Part shown: positions 44,826 through 54,870 of the stretch, in pieces
Layout: each line of letters opens with the position of its first letter
Position numbering within the stretch: the first letter of the stretch is position 1
NCBI GenBank assembly: GCA_045590375.1
Contig: JAZNQY010000095.1
Coordinates: forward strand, 1 to 54,968
Length of the DNA stretch: 54,968 nt
Source of the DNA: Oscillospiraceae bacterium
GTDB lineage: Bacteria; Bacillota; Clostridia; Oscillospirales; Ruminococcaceae
Reading direction: 5' to 3'
Position numbers and translations under genes: made by a program
The notes under the pieces: model-generated
Databases searched by the model: none
The model's input: the letters and a program-made list of their open reading frames with translations, nothing else
Told to the model about the DNA's origin: nothing

Positions 44826-46412
44826 TTATTCTTCACTATAAATTTTCATTATTTCGATAGCAGTTTTTATTCCGTCAACAGAAGCACTCATAATGCCTCC
44901 TGCATAACCTGCACCTTCACCCGCCGGGTAAAGATTAGAAAACGAAACAGAGGTTCTTTCTTCATTACGAAGTATTCTTACAGGTGATGAAGTTCTCGTT
45001 TCAGGTGATGTGAGAAGTGCGTTTTTATCTTTGAAGCACTGCATTTTGTTACCGAATTTCATAAGTCCCTTTCTCATCATATCGGTTATAAACGATGGGA
45101 AAAGTTTGTCAAAATCAGCTTTTTCAACGCCTATTGCGTAACTCGGATTTACCGAAAGATTATCTATCCCTATCTTTTTATCAAGGAAATTTCCGACAGA
45201 AACGGCTGGTGCACGATAATTCTTTCCACCGAGAACAAACGCTGTCTTTTCGATATTTCTCGCAAAGTCAACGCCGTCTAAAGCGTTCTTTCCGAAATCA
45301 TCGGGAGAAACGGAAACAACAACTGCTGCATTTGAATTTTCGGCGTTTCTTGAAAACTCGCTCATTCCGTTTGTTACAACGGTTTCTTCTTCACTTGACG
45401 ACGGAACAACATATCCCCCAGGGCACATACAGAAGGTATACACTCCCCTCTCGCCCTCACGATATGAAAGTTTGTATTCTCCCTCAGGAAGCATAGGGTT
45501 ATCGTAGTTTTTTCCATAAAGGCTTTTGTTTACTTCTACTCGTTTATGTTCTATTCTCGCACCGACAGAAAAGGGTTTGGGTTCAATAAAAACGCCTTTT
45601 TTAAGTAAGGTTTCAAAGGTATCTCTTGCGCTATGACCTATAGCAAGAATTATTGCAGAGCATTTTATTTCATCATCTTTTGTCACAACGGATTTTATTC
45701 TGTCGTTTTCTATGATAAAATCATCTACCTTTGTATTGAAACGGATTTCTCCACCGAGTTCTATAATACGGTTTCTGATATTTTTAACCACTGTTCTGAG
45801 TTTATCCGTTCCGATATGTGGATTTGATTTTGTAAGGATTTCATGTGGTGCACCGAATTCGGCAAATCTTTTCAAGGCATAGGAGCAGAGTTCATCACCT
45901 ATACGGGTTGTCAGTTTGCCGTCTGAGAATGTTCCTGCCCCACCCTCTCCGAACTGAACATTGGATGAGGTATCAAGAATGGCATTTTTAAAGAAATTTT
46001 CAACAGCCTCTACTCTTTCATCAACCGATGCGCCTCTTTCAAGAACTATCGGGCGATAGCCGTTTTCAGAGAGGATAAGAGATGCCATCATGCCGGCAGG
46101 TCCGAAACCGACAACTATTATTCTTCCTTCATGACGAAGTTTTCCCTTAACGATAACGGGTTCTTTTTCTTCGTAATATTTAACACCGTTTTTTTCTGAA
46201 ATCTTCTGTTCGAGTTTTTCTGATGAAAGTGTTAAACAAACGCTTGAAACAAGTTTTATATCATCGTTATGTCTTGCATCGAGAGAGGTTTTGTTTATTG
46301 CAGAAGAAATAACATCAGAACTTTTTAAACCTGCTTTTTTTACGGCTTGTGAGATGATTTCTTCTTTTTTGGCTGAGAGCGGAGTTTTTATCTCCGAAAC
46401 TATTATAGGCAT
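44826..46412 (-). CDS. FAD-dependent protein (COG2509-type uncharacterised dehydrogenase)
   Basis: 528 aa with a Rossmann dinucleotide motif VVGFGPAGMMASLILSENGYRPIVLERG about 90 aa from the N-terminus and a C-terminal GEGAGYAGGI. Confidence 0.8.
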   Translation of the reverse strand: MPIIVSEIKTPLSAKKEEIISQAVKKAGLKSSDVISSAINKTSLDARHNDDIKLVSSVCLTLSSEKLEQKISEKNGVKYYEEKEPVIVKGKLRHEGRIIVVGFGPAGMMASLILSENGYRPIVLERGASVDERVEAVENFFKNAILDTSSNVQFGEGGAGTFSDGKLTTRIGDELCSYALKRFAEFGAPHEILTKSNPHIGTDKLRTVVKNIRNRIIELGGEIRFNTKVDDFIIENDRIKSVVTKDDEIKCSAIILAIGHSARDTFETLLKKGVFIEPKPFSVGARIEHKRVEVNKSLYGKNYDNPMLPEGEYKLSYREGERGVYTFCMCPGGYVVPSSSEEETVVTNGMSEFSRNAENSNAAVVVSVSPDDFGKNALDGVDFARNIEKTAFVLGGKNYRAPAVSVGNFLDKKIGIDNLSVNPSYAIGVEKADFDKLFPSFITDMMRKGLMKFGNKMQCFKDKNALLTSPETRTSSPVRILRNEERTSVSFSNLYPAGEGAGYAGGIMSASVDGIKTAIEIMKIYSEE

Positions 46413-46432
46413 ATGAATATCCTTTCATAAGT

Positions 46433-46465
46433 AAAAATCTGAGGGACTACATAAAAGTCCCTCAG
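46433..46465 (-). terminator. hairpin terminator/attenuator after cdaR
   Basis: CTGAGGGACT-acataaa-AGTCCCTCAG, followed by ATTTTTAC on the minus strand. Confidence 0.65.
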
Positions 46466-46471
46466 TGAAGT

Positions 46472-47758
46472 TTATTTTTCTTTTGCCTGGAACGCAACTA
46501 CCTGGCTTCCTGTTGCCCACACAACATCATCACCGGGAACATAGACCTTGATAGGTGCTCTGATATAGACATTACTTGTGATACTGCTTGAAACAGAGCT
46601 TAAATCAAGCTGAACAACAATATCATCGACTGTGAGTCTTTCAAGAACATCAGCCTCACCGACAAATGTTATATCCCATCCTGTTGTTGCGGGAATAATA
46701 TCATAATCGGCAGGTTTATTTATAATAACAATATCATTTCTGCTGACTGTTATCATTCTTGTTGTAAGGTTTTCAAGTGGGAATTCAAGCGTTACTTCGC
46801 TTACCTGAGAAAGATTTTCCATTTCGGATTCTTCGGTGAATTCAAGTGGAACTGTTACTGTATATCCGGGAGTTACTTTTCGAAGGTCGATAGTGCAGAG
46901 GTAAATCTCGCCTAAATTCTCGATTTTCTCGGGAGGTGCAGCAACTTCTATTTCTTCAACGCTCTGAGTATATTCAATATCTTCAAGCGAAAGATTTTCG
47001 GGAACATTTATGAAGCTTACAACGAGAGGCAACGTTTTTCTCATTGTTACAGGAACATTTATCGCAAATGAATTTTTGCTGAGCGATAATCCTTCGGAAG
47101 AAATAACTGTATTGTTATGATAAAGAACAAGGTTATTTCCTTCTGAAATCTCCTGAGATTCAGTAAGCTGCATTTCGGAAAGATTCTGAATTTTACATTT
47201 TGTGATATAATTTACTCTTTCTTCGGGTCCTGTTATAGTTATTGACGGGGTTGTCACTTCGGCATTGCCCTTAAGATAGCCATCGGCTGCAACGATATTG
47301 GGAATATCGGCTGTTAAATCAAAACTCTTAGAAATAATCTTGTCAAAGCTTACTTTTATTTTATCGGGAACGACTGTATATTCAAAATCAGCGTCCTTAT
47401 CCTTACATTCGATATTCAGTTTCAGTTCATATTCACCCGCGTCGTTTACTTCTGTTATTTCAGGTCTTGCTACAAAATCAGATGACGAAAGACCACCTAT
47501 TGACGCACGCTGACCCTTTATTGTCGCTTTTACTGTCTGTTCAGACATATCGATTACACTAAGACGGTTCCTCTCGGCAACCGTTCCCTCTAAATCAACC
47601 TCAACTGCGATATTACGATAGGTTACGGTTGTTGTCGGATAAGCCGAAACGGATATTATAAACCATGCACCGAGTGCTATCAAAAGCGAAATAATTCTCA
47701 TTCCGAAATCTTTTCGCATATTAACAACAAGTTTTTTGAAAAATTCTTTTATTTTCAT
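46472..47758 (-). CDS. cdaR: YbbR-domain protein CdaR (c-di-AMP cyclase regulator)
   Basis: N-terminal TM followed by repeated YbbR-like beta-rich modules. Its start overlaps the cdaA stop by 4 nt. Confidence 0.8.
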   Translation of the reverse strand: MKIKEFFKKLVVNMRKDFGMRIISLLIALGAWFIISVSAYPTTTVTYRNIAVEVDLEGTVAERNRLSVIDMSEQTVKATIKGQRASIGGLSSSDFVARPEITEVNDAGEYELKLNIECKDKDADFEYTVVPDKIKVSFDKIISKSFDLTADIPNIVAADGYLKGNAEVTTPSITITGPEERVNYITKCKIQNLSEMQLTESQEISEGNNLVLYHNNTVISSEGLSLSKNSFAINVPVTMRKTLPLVVSFINVPENLSLEDIEYTQSVEEIEVAAPPEKIENLGEIYLCTIDLRKVTPGYTVTVPLEFTEESEMENLSQVSEVTLEFPLENLTTRMITVSRNDIVIINKPADYDIIPATTGWDITFVGEADVLERLTVDDIVVQLDLSSVSSSITSNVYIRAPIKVYVPGDDVVWATGSQVVAFQAKEK

Positions 47759-48624
47759 TCTTTATTACCTCTTGCCAGACGCTTTTTCTCTCTTTCGGTA
47801 TACGCAGGCTTTTCAGTTATGAGTTTTGAGCGAAGATGTTTTCTGAGGCTGTCTCTTGTGAAGCCTCTTGTGAGTTCACCGTTTTCGGCAACCGATATAG
47901 TTCCTGTTTCTTCGGAAACAACTATTACGATAGCATCCGAAACTTCACTCATTCCTATTGCTGCTCTGTGTCTTGAGCCGAGTTTTTTATTTATGAGTTC
48001 TTCTTTCTGTGGTGCAGGAAGGAAGCAAGCAGCAGCGATTACTTCTCCGTCTCTTAAAATAGCAGCACCGTCATGAAGAGGGGTTTTGGGATAGAAAATA
48101 TTTCCGAAAAGTTCCTTTGAAGGAATGGCGTTAAGCCTTGTTCCTGTGTCGATATGTTCACCGAGACGAATCTGTCTTTCGATAACTATGAGAGCACCTG
48201 TTGTTGTCGCTGAAAGTTCATCACAAGAATCGGAAATTGCATCTATCGCTGTTTCCCATCTTGCGTTCATACCATCGGGTTCATTACCTGTTATAAAGCC
48301 TATACGTCTGAATTCTGTTCTACCCATTTTTTCAAGGGCACGGCGAATTTCGGGCTGGAAAAGAATGATAATAGCAAGAATACCTATGCTGAATACACTC
48401 TTCAAAATAAATTCAATAGCCCTAAGCCCTATCGCCCACGAAATAAAGTAAACAACAAGAAGAATACCTACGGCTTTGAGTAGCTGATTTGCCTTTGTTT
48501 CTCTTACAAGTTTCCATGCCTCAAATATAAGAATGGCAAGGATAAGAATATCTATTACATCCATAATCCTTATAGAACGGATTACGGATAAAACTTCTTC
48601 GATAAAGTTATAAATCGCTTCCAT
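47755..48624 (-). CDS. cdaA: diadenylate cyclase CdaA
   Basis: Three N-terminal TM helices and a DAC domain with LHDGAAIL and GSRHRAAIGMSE. Confidence 0.92.
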   Translation of the reverse strand: MEAIYNFIEEVLSVIRSIRIMDVIDILILAILIFEAWKLVRETKANQLLKAVGILLVVYFISWAIGLRAIEFILKSVFSIGILAIIILFQPEIRRALEKMGRTEFRRIGFITGNEPDGMNARWETAIDAISDSCDELSATTTGALIVIERQIRLGEHIDTGTRLNAIPSKELFGNIFYPKTPLHDGAAILRDGEVIAAACFLPAPQKEELINKKLGSRHRAAIGMSEVSDAIVIVVSEETGTISVAENGELTRGFTRDSLRKHLRSKLITEKPAYTEREKKRLARGNKE

Positions 48625-48723
48625 ATAAACTTCCTTTCAAAAGGGTTTATGTAACGGGTGGAAATCTCACCCGTTTTACTCAGATAAACACTATTTTAAT
48701 TGTAACAATTTTTGCCGATAAAT

Positions 48724-49857
48724 TCAAGGCTTTTTCAATATTTTTTTCAAAGAATAAATCAGTTCGTCAACCTGATTTACATTATTGAAAACAGAGGGTG
48801 CAAAACGGAGAGTTCCATTCGGTGCTGTTCCTAAGGCTGTGTGTGCCATTCCCGAACAATGAAGACCTCCTCTGAGATAAATTCCGTCATCGCTGAGCAA
48901 TGATGCAAGTTCGTTGGGTGTAAACCCCTCTGCGTTGAAAGAAACTATCGGAGCATAATTTCCACCGTTTTCACGGTATATCCTGATTCCGTCAATCCGT
49001 GAAATTCCGTTTATAAAGCGATTACAGAGCATTTCTTCATGTTTTCTTATATTTTCCGTTCCTTTTGAAGAAACAAAATCAATACCTTTTCCGAGTGCGT
49101 GTATTCCTATTACATTTACTGTTCCCGATTCCAACAAATCAGGCATAAACGAAGGCTGTTCAAAAACCATTGAAAGTGAGCCTGTTCCTCCCTCGATAAG
49201 AGGAGAAAGACTGTATTTTCCGTCGGATACCAGAAGTCCTGTTCCCGTCGGACCGTAAAGTCCCTTATGACCCGGGGCGCAGATAAAATTTATTCCGTTT
49301 CCTACTTTCAGAGAAACAACACCTGCTGCCTGTGCAGCATCGACAATAAAACAGATATTTCTTCTTCTGCATAGTTCTGCTATCTTTTCAATCGGAGGTA
49401 TCTGTCCCGTTACATTACTTGCCGCTGTGCAGACTATAAGTCTTGTATCGGGACGAATAGCATTGCTGAAAGAATTTACTGTCATATTATCATCGGGATA
49501 GATATGGGCAACAGAATATCCCACTCCCTTTTTTGACAGGGAAAATACAGGTCTTACAACGGAGTTATGCTCGAAATCAGATATAACTATGTGTCCCCCG
49601 TATCTGTTCATTATTCCCTTTATCGCAAAATTCAGAGCCTCTGTGCAGTTAAGTGTAAAAACCACATTTTCGGGTTCGGCACCGAAAAAAGATGCTGCTT
49701 TTTTTCTCGAAACATAAACTGCCTCAGCAGTATCAACAGAAAGACGATGTCCACTTCTTCCCGGATTTCCACCATATCTTTCCATCGCCTCTGAAACTGC
49801 CGCATTAACTGTTTCAGGCTTAGGAAATGTCGTTGCGGCATTATCAAAATTAATCAT
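48724..49857 (-). CDS. class V aminotransferase-fold PLP enzyme (cysteine desulfurase family)
   Basis: Contains the PLP-lysine context APGHKGLYGPTG and a C-terminal GGLHCSGMAH active-site Cys loop. Confidence 0.85.
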   Translation of the reverse strand: MINFDNAATTFPKPETVNAAVSEAMERYGGNPGRSGHRLSVDTAEAVYVSRKKAASFFGAEPENVVFTLNCTEALNFAIKGIMNRYGGHIVISDFEHNSVVRPVFSLSKKGVGYSVAHIYPDDNMTVNSFSNAIRPDTRLIVCTAASNVTGQIPPIEKIAELCRRRNICFIVDAAQAAGVVSLKVGNGINFICAPGHKGLYGPTGTGLLVSDGKYSLSPLIEGGTGSLSMVFEQPSFMPDLLESGTVNVIGIHALGKGIDFVSSKGTENIRKHEEMLCNRFINGISRIDGIRIYRENGGNYAPIVSFNAEGFTPNELASLLSDDGIYLRGGLHCSGMAHTALGTAPNGTLRFAPSVFNNVNQVDELIYSLKKILKKP

Positions 49858-50081
49858 TTCTGAAACCCCGTGTTTATAATACTCCCCGGGGTTATTCCTG
49901 CAGATTCAAGCAGAGAAACTGCATATTCGATATTTCCTTTCAGTCTTACGCTGTATCCACAGCCCGATGCGTAATTTTTCGGCGTTCTTTCGACAGCGCA
50001 GGCATATCCGTTTGATTTTAATATATCACAAGCCTTATTAGCAAGAGTTATCGACGCTATTGTTATAAGATAGGTTGCCAA
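49854..50081 (-). CDS. DUF3343-like small protein (putative S/Se carrier-like)
   Basis: 75 aa reading ITIASITLANKACDILKSNGYACAVERTPKNYASGCGYSV. It overlaps the downstream desulfurase gene by 4 nt. The family call is from memory of the motif pattern. Confidence 0.6.
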   Translation of the reverse strand: MATYLITIASITLANKACDILKSNGYACAVERTPKNYASGCGYSVRLKGNIEYAVSLLESAGITPGSIINTGFQK

Positions 50082-50140
50082 AGCATATCACCTCTTTATA
50101 TCTCAGGGATAATACAGTATATGCAAAGGCGTGGATTTTG

Positions 50141-50482
50141 TCATTTTTTAGGGACAGTAAGAAAATGGCTCTCTGAAAGCATAGCCATAACCTCTTCATC
50201 AGGAACATCTCCGGGGATTTTAACAGTGTTCCAATGGACTTTATTCATATGATAGCCCGGAATGACCGACACATAAACCTCTCTCCACAAGTCAGACTGC
50301 ATAGGGTCGCCCTTGAAATTTATCCAGATTTCGCCCTCTCTATCAAAGAATAAAGCAAAAATTTTCTTATTCTTTCTGTGTCTTACAACAACAGTTTCAT
50401 CATCAAAAGGACAATCCTCATAAGCATCTGTGAATGTAAGGCAGAAATCTATCCATTTTCTTTTAAGTTCTTTTGTATTCAT
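50141..50482 (-). CDS. MmcQ/YjbR family DNA-binding protein
   Basis: 113 aa from ATG 50482 after AAAGGAAAG. It contains YEDCPFDDETVVVRHRKNKKIFALF...GYHMNKVHWNTV. The ORF-track extension to 50683 would run across the divergent moxR promoter and start. Confidence 0.7.
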   Translation of the reverse strand: MNTKELKRKWIDFCLTFTDAYEDCPFDDETVVVRHRKNKKIFALFFDREGEIWINFKGDPMQSDLWREVYVSVIPGYHMNKVHWNTVKIPGDVPDEEVMAMLSESHFLTVPKK

Positions 50483-50506
50483 ATTATCTTTCCTTTTTAA
50501 TTTTAA

Positions 50507-50535
50507 TTGACTGAAACATACTAATATGGTAAAAT
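50507..50535 (+). promoter_or_regulatory. sigma-A promoter of the MoxR operon
   Basis: TTGACT (50507..50512), 17 nt, TAAAAT (50530..50535), with a TGg extended -10. Confidence 0.6.
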
Positions 50536-50578
50536 ATATCTGTATATAAATATAACAAAATCTGAACGGAGTGGCAAT

Positions 50579-51517
50579 ATGGAAAACAAAATAAATCTTC
50601 TCGTTGAAAACATTGAAAAGGTTATCGTCGGAAAAAGAAGTGTTATCGTTGAAGTAATAGCAGCGATGCTTTCGGGTGGACACGTTCTTATAGAAGACGT
50701 TCCCGGCGTCGGAAAGACAAAACTCGTTGCAGCGCTTGCAAAATCCGTTGACGGAAAATTCAATCGTATACAGCTTACCCCTGACATTATGCCTTCGGAC
50801 ATAATCGGATTTTCTATGCTCAATTCAGAAACACACGTATTTGAATACAGAGAAGGTGCTGCTATGTGTAACTTCCTTCTCGCTGACGAAATAAACCGTG
50901 CTTCCCCAAAGGCACAGTCAAGCCTTCTTGAAGTTATGGAAGAATTTCAGATAAGCCTTGACGGAAAGACACACAAGCTTCCCTCGCCTTTTATGACACT
51001 TGCTACTCAGAACCCCGTTGAAACATACGGAACATATCACTTACCCGAAGCACAGATGGACCGTTTTATCATGCGTGTTTCTATGGGATACCCCACAAAT
51101 GCCGAAGAAATCGAAATTCTCGGAAGAATGGAATTTGAAAACCCGATAGACAGGATTTCTGCTGTTGTTTCTCTCGATGAAATAACAGAATATCAGAAGA
51201 AGGTTACAGAAGTAAAGACTTCTCCTCAGATAAAGACATACATCATGTCAATTATTGAAGCGACAAGAAGGTCGGATGACATAAAGCTCGGCGTTTCTCC
51301 CAGAGGAAGCCTTTCACTCCACAAAGCAGCGAAGGCTTACGCATTCATAAACGGCAGAGATTATGTTATTCCCGATGATGTAAAGAAAATGGCAATACCC
51401 GTTCTCTCACACAGAATTATGCTTTCTCAGAAGGGTAAGGCAGCATATTCAACTCAGCAGAATGTTATTGCCTCGATTTTAGGAACTGTTCCTGTTCCGG
51501 TTACGGAGAATGTATGA
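50579..51517 (+). CDS. MoxR-family AAA+ ATPase
   Basis: Walker A EDVPGVGKT and Walker B LLADEINRASPKAQSSLLEVMEE, plus the QNPVETYGTYHLPEAQMDRF block. Confidence 0.9.
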   Translation: MENKINLLVENIEKVIVGKRSVIVEVIAAMLSGGHVLIEDVPGVGKTKLVAALAKSVDGKFNRIQLTPDIMPSDIIGFSMLNSETHVFEYREGAAMCNFLLADEINRASPKAQSSLLEVMEEFQISLDGKTHKLPSPFMTLATQNPVETYGTYHLPEAQMDRFIMRVSMGYPTNAEEIEILGRMEFENPIDRISAVVSLDEITEYQKKVTEVKTSPQIKTYIMSIIEATRRSDDIKLGVSPRGSLSLHKAAKAYAFINGRDYVIPDDVKKMAIPVLSHRIMLSQKGKAAYSTQQNVIASILGTVPVPVTENV

Positions 51518-52698
51518 GAAATAAAAAAGCAGTAATAGAATATGTTGTCTGCCTTTTACTCGCCGTCGCTTATCTTATTTTCCTTGACGGCAAGGCAGGA
51601 ATGTTTATTCTTATAGCACTCATAACTGCCCCGATAATTTCTGTTCTTATAACGCTTTATGCCAAATCAAAGCTCGAATTTTCTTTTGATACAGAAAAAG
51701 GTATTTTAGGAAAGGGCACAAAGACAAACGGGGTTGCCTCGTTCTCCTCCGGTGCTTTTCTTCCGACTCCTTTTATAACTGTTGAGCTTTTTGCAGACGA
51801 ACATTTTTACTGCAATCAAAAGAATTTCAGACTTGCTTTAAAGCCTAAAACAGAAAGAAAATTATCGACAGAACTGACAGGGCTTATATGTGGAAAAGGC
51901 AGAACGGGAATTTATTCTGTAAGCATTTCAGACTATTTAGGACTTGTTACCTTTGATGTATATACTGAAAGAGGGCTTATGGAATATTCAAAGTCCATAG
52001 GAATTATCCCTGATATTCCTGATACAACGCTAAAAAACGAGCTCATAAAAAGTGCCTGCGCAGTTATATCATCTGAAGACGCCGAAGAAACAGAAGATAC
52101 CGTTCATACATTCGGTGGAAATCCCGGATTTGAGCATCGTGAATATGAACCGGGTGACCCGATAAAAAGAATAAACTGGAAACTTTCTTCAAAATATGAC
52201 AAGCTCATGGTAAGGCTTGATGAAGGCACTGCTGAAGCAAAGCAGTATGCTGTTCTTGATTTTATGCCTGATAATGACCCCGACAAAACAACTTCTCTTT
52301 ATAACGAAGAAAGAATTACCGAGGGGCTTCTTGCTTTCGCAGCAGTTATATCAAAACTCGGTAAGGAGCTTATACTCTTTATTCCATTTAAAGATGGCTG
52401 GCAGCAGAGAAGTATAAAAACTATGGATGATGTTTATGAATTACAGTTTTTATTCTCTGATTTTGAGTATAAGGATATTCCACTTTCAAGACTTCCTGAA
52501 GATGTTATAAACGGTGAATTGAGAGTCGGTGTTATAACCCTTTTCACAAATTCTCCCGATGCGAAACTTCTTTCGGTAAGCGACACGCTTATCTCAAAAG
52601 GTTCTGTTGTATTTACAGCGATTGCTGTTCCTACAACTATGGATATTCCTGATTTATGGATAATAGGCGATGATTACACTTTCACAAAATACATTTAA
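51514..52698 (+). CDS. DUF58 domain protein (vWA-like partner of MoxR), membrane anchored
   Basis: Two N-terminal TM helices and the characteristic HREYEPGDPIKRINWKLSSK motif. Its start overlaps the moxR stop by 4 nt. Confidence 0.75.
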   Translation: MRNKKAVIEYVVCLLLAVAYLIFLDGKAGMFILIALITAPIISVLITLYAKSKLEFSFDTEKGILGKGTKTNGVASFSSGAFLPTPFITVELFADEHFYCNQKNFRLALKPKTERKLSTELTGLICGKGRTGIYSVSISDYLGLVTFDVYTERGLMEYSKSIGIIPDIPDTTLKNELIKSACAVISSEDAEETEDTVHTFGGNPGFEHREYEPGDPIKRINWKLSSKYDKLMVRLDEGTAEAKQYAVLDFMPDNDPDKTTSLYNEERITEGLLAFAAVISKLGKELILFIPFKDGWQQRSIKTMDDVYELQFLFSDFEYKDIPLSRLPEDVINGELRVGVITLFTNSPDAKLLSVSDTLISKGSVVFTAIAVPTTMDIPDLWIIGDDYTFTKYI

Positions 52699-52707
52699 GG
52701 TGGATAT

Positions 52708-54870
52708 ATGAAAGATTACGCTAAAAAAGCAGCGTTTCCGATAATTTTATCAACACTGCTTGTTTCAATGACAATGAACATATACAACGATTCGGAAATA
52801 ATCCCGATTACTGTTCTTGCATTTATATTCATAACCATTCTTTTCTTTCTTTTCAAGCTTCTCACTAAAAGAAAAATTTTAGGTGGTCTTGTTTATACGG
52901 CAATTCTTATCGGTGTTCTTTTCTTTATGATGAGTTATATGTTTTCCAACTGGTATGCAGCGCCGATGCCGTTTTCAAGCTGGTTTTACGCTGCACAGGA
53001 TGAATCGACGAAATTCGCTCCTTTCTCGATAATCCTGTTTGTAGGAATGGCTTTTTTCCTTTCATCTGTTCTTTTCTACTACACTCAGATTATTTACAGA
53101 AGTGCTGCTGTTCTTTTGTGTTCACTCATTCCTTTTGCTATATATGCAAAACGATATGAAACTCCCGAAACGATATATATCGCAGCTGTTCTGATTGTTT
53201 TCCTTGCGCTTATGGTGCATCAGAGGCAGCTTTCTCATAAAGAACATATCGTTCTGACCGACGGTTCATACTGGATTTCGGTTTCTTTATTCGTCGGCGT
53301 TGTAATAGGGCTTGCGATAATACTTCCGAAACCTCAGGTTACTCCTTTAAGAGATACATTTGACGAAATGATTGAGGCTATGGAGGGCGTTACGGTTGAC
53401 ACCGACCAGGTTATCGGAAAGCTTCAGACAGAAACCGACGGAAGTGAATTCAACGAAGCACCGACGGGGAAAATGTATTATTATGTGCTTTCTGATGATG
53501 CTCCGTTATACCTTAAATCGCAGACTTATGATGAATATGCAGGAAAACGAAGATGGAGAGTAAGCGAAAAATACTATGTAAGCGGATATCCTGACTGGGA
53601 AAATACAACTTTATTCACCGACTATAAGGACATTGTTGATGTTATAAAGGAATATCAGGAATTAAACGGAATTTCAGATGGATATTATACTCCTGACATA
53701 GACCATCCACCTGCTGCCGAAGCAGAAATCTATGCTGTTGATTTTCCTTCTCAATATGCTCTGACAACAAACGGAATACACTATATCACAGAAATCGACG
53801 GTGACAGCAGAGTTACCTATGAAAACGCCCATGGTGATATTTTCTGGGAAGTTTCATATATGCCACCCAACGATAAATATAAAATCCACTATTCATCTGA
53901 AAACTGGGATATAGAAAACGGTGCGATAAAATTTGCAATGCAGTTTGACCGAAAGTCTTTCAGAGAACTTTTAACCGAAATAGAAAAATGTGATGATGAA
54001 GAAATATTCGATGAAGCTGCTGAGTTGTATCTTGCAAAATATTTCATAGAAGAACTTGATGATGCAGAAAAATACCTTGATGATACAAAGGGAGAGATTT
54101 CTGATGAAATCAAAGCTCTTGCAGCTGAAATAACAAAGGATTGTAACTCAGACTATGAAAAAGCCCTTGCTATAAGAAATTATTTTATTTTCGGAGATTA
54201 TCGCTATCAGTTAGGATACAGGGCATCAGGCAGCGACATAGAAACATTCATCTTTGAGGATAAAACAGGTATATGTGTTGACTATGCAACAGCAACCGTA
54301 CTTCTTGCAAGAGCTTCGGGGCTTCCTGCAAGATACACAACAGGATTTTTAATGACAGAGCCTGTGTCAGACGGATATTATGCTATAAGAGACAAACACG
54401 GTCATGCCTGGGCTGAAATATATATTTCAGGTTATGGATGGATGACGATTGACTCTACACCTGCATCGGATACATCAGACGGTATAACGGAAAATACAGA
54501 ACAGAATATCGACCCTGCTGAAACTATGTGGCTTGTCTTTGTTCTGTCAGGTATCGGCGTTTTACTTGCAATAATGATTATAGTATTTATGCCGACAATA
54601 AAAGAAGGAATTTTCAGAATTATCTTCTCACTTTCAAATGGTGAAAAGAAGATAGTAAGACTTTATAAGAGAACATCAAAACTTTTAGGAAAGAAATCGG
54701 GTGAAAATACCGAAGCCTTTTCTACTGTTGAACTCTCTGTTCTTGCAAAGGAAAAATTCGGATACGACATTTCTCCTATCACAAAGCTTACTGAAAAGGT
54801 TTGTTACGGAAGAATGACAGCCGAAAGAAAAGAAGCGAAAAACAGTTTTGAATGTTATAAAGAACTTTAA
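52708..54870 (+). CDS. transglutaminase-like membrane protein
   Basis: An N-terminal block of about 6 TM helices and an extracytoplasmic region. The transglutaminase core has Cys (GICVDYATATVLLARASGLPARY), His (HAWAEIY) and Asp (MTIDST). One further TM follows near the C-terminus. Confidence 0.8.
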   Translation: MKDYAKKAAFPIILSTLLVSMTMNIYNDSEIIPITVLAFIFITILFFLFKLLTKRKILGGLVYTAILIGVLFFMMSYMFSNWYAAPMPFSSWFYAAQDESTKFAPFSIILFVGMAFFLSSVLFYYTQIIYRSAAVLLCSLIPFAIYAKRYETPETIYIAAVLIVFLALMVHQRQLSHKEHIVLTDGSYWISVSLFVGVVIGLAIILPKPQVTPLRDTFDEMIEAMEGVTVDTDQVIGKLQTETDGSEFNEAPTGKMYYYVLSDDAPLYLKSQTYDEYAGKRRWRVSEKYYVSGYPDWENTTLFTDYKDIVDVIKEYQELNGISDGYYTPDIDHPPAAEAEIYAVDFPSQYALTTNGIHYITEIDGDSRVTYENAHGDIFWEVSYMPPNDKYKIHYSSENWDIENGAIKFAMQFDRKSFRELLTEIEKCDDEEIFDEAAELYLAKYFIEELDDAEKYLDDTKGEISDEIKALAAEITKDCNSDYEKALAIRNYFIFGDYRYQLGYRASGSDIETFIFEDKTGICVDYATATVLLARASGLPARYTTGFLMTEPVSDGYYAIRDKHGHAWAEIYISGYGWMTIDSTPASDTSDGITENTEQNIDPAETMWLVFVLSGIGVLLAIMIIVFMPTIKEGIFRIIFSLSNGEKKIVRLYKRTSKLLGKKSGENTEAFSTVELSVLAKEKFGYDISPITKLTEKVCYGRMTAERKEAKNSFECYKEL

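Noticed and set aside
50483-50683. ORF-track N-terminal extension of the YjbR-like gene. Similar extensions occur at 4031..4066, 4699..4773, 16933..16977, 27992..28012, 34971..34991, 39655..39663 and 40420..40485.
   Set aside because: The extensions lack Shine-Dalgarno sequences, add non-conserved residues ahead of well-known N-termini, and in several cases overlap neighbouring genes or promoters. The internal ATG or GTG with a proper RBS was preferred.
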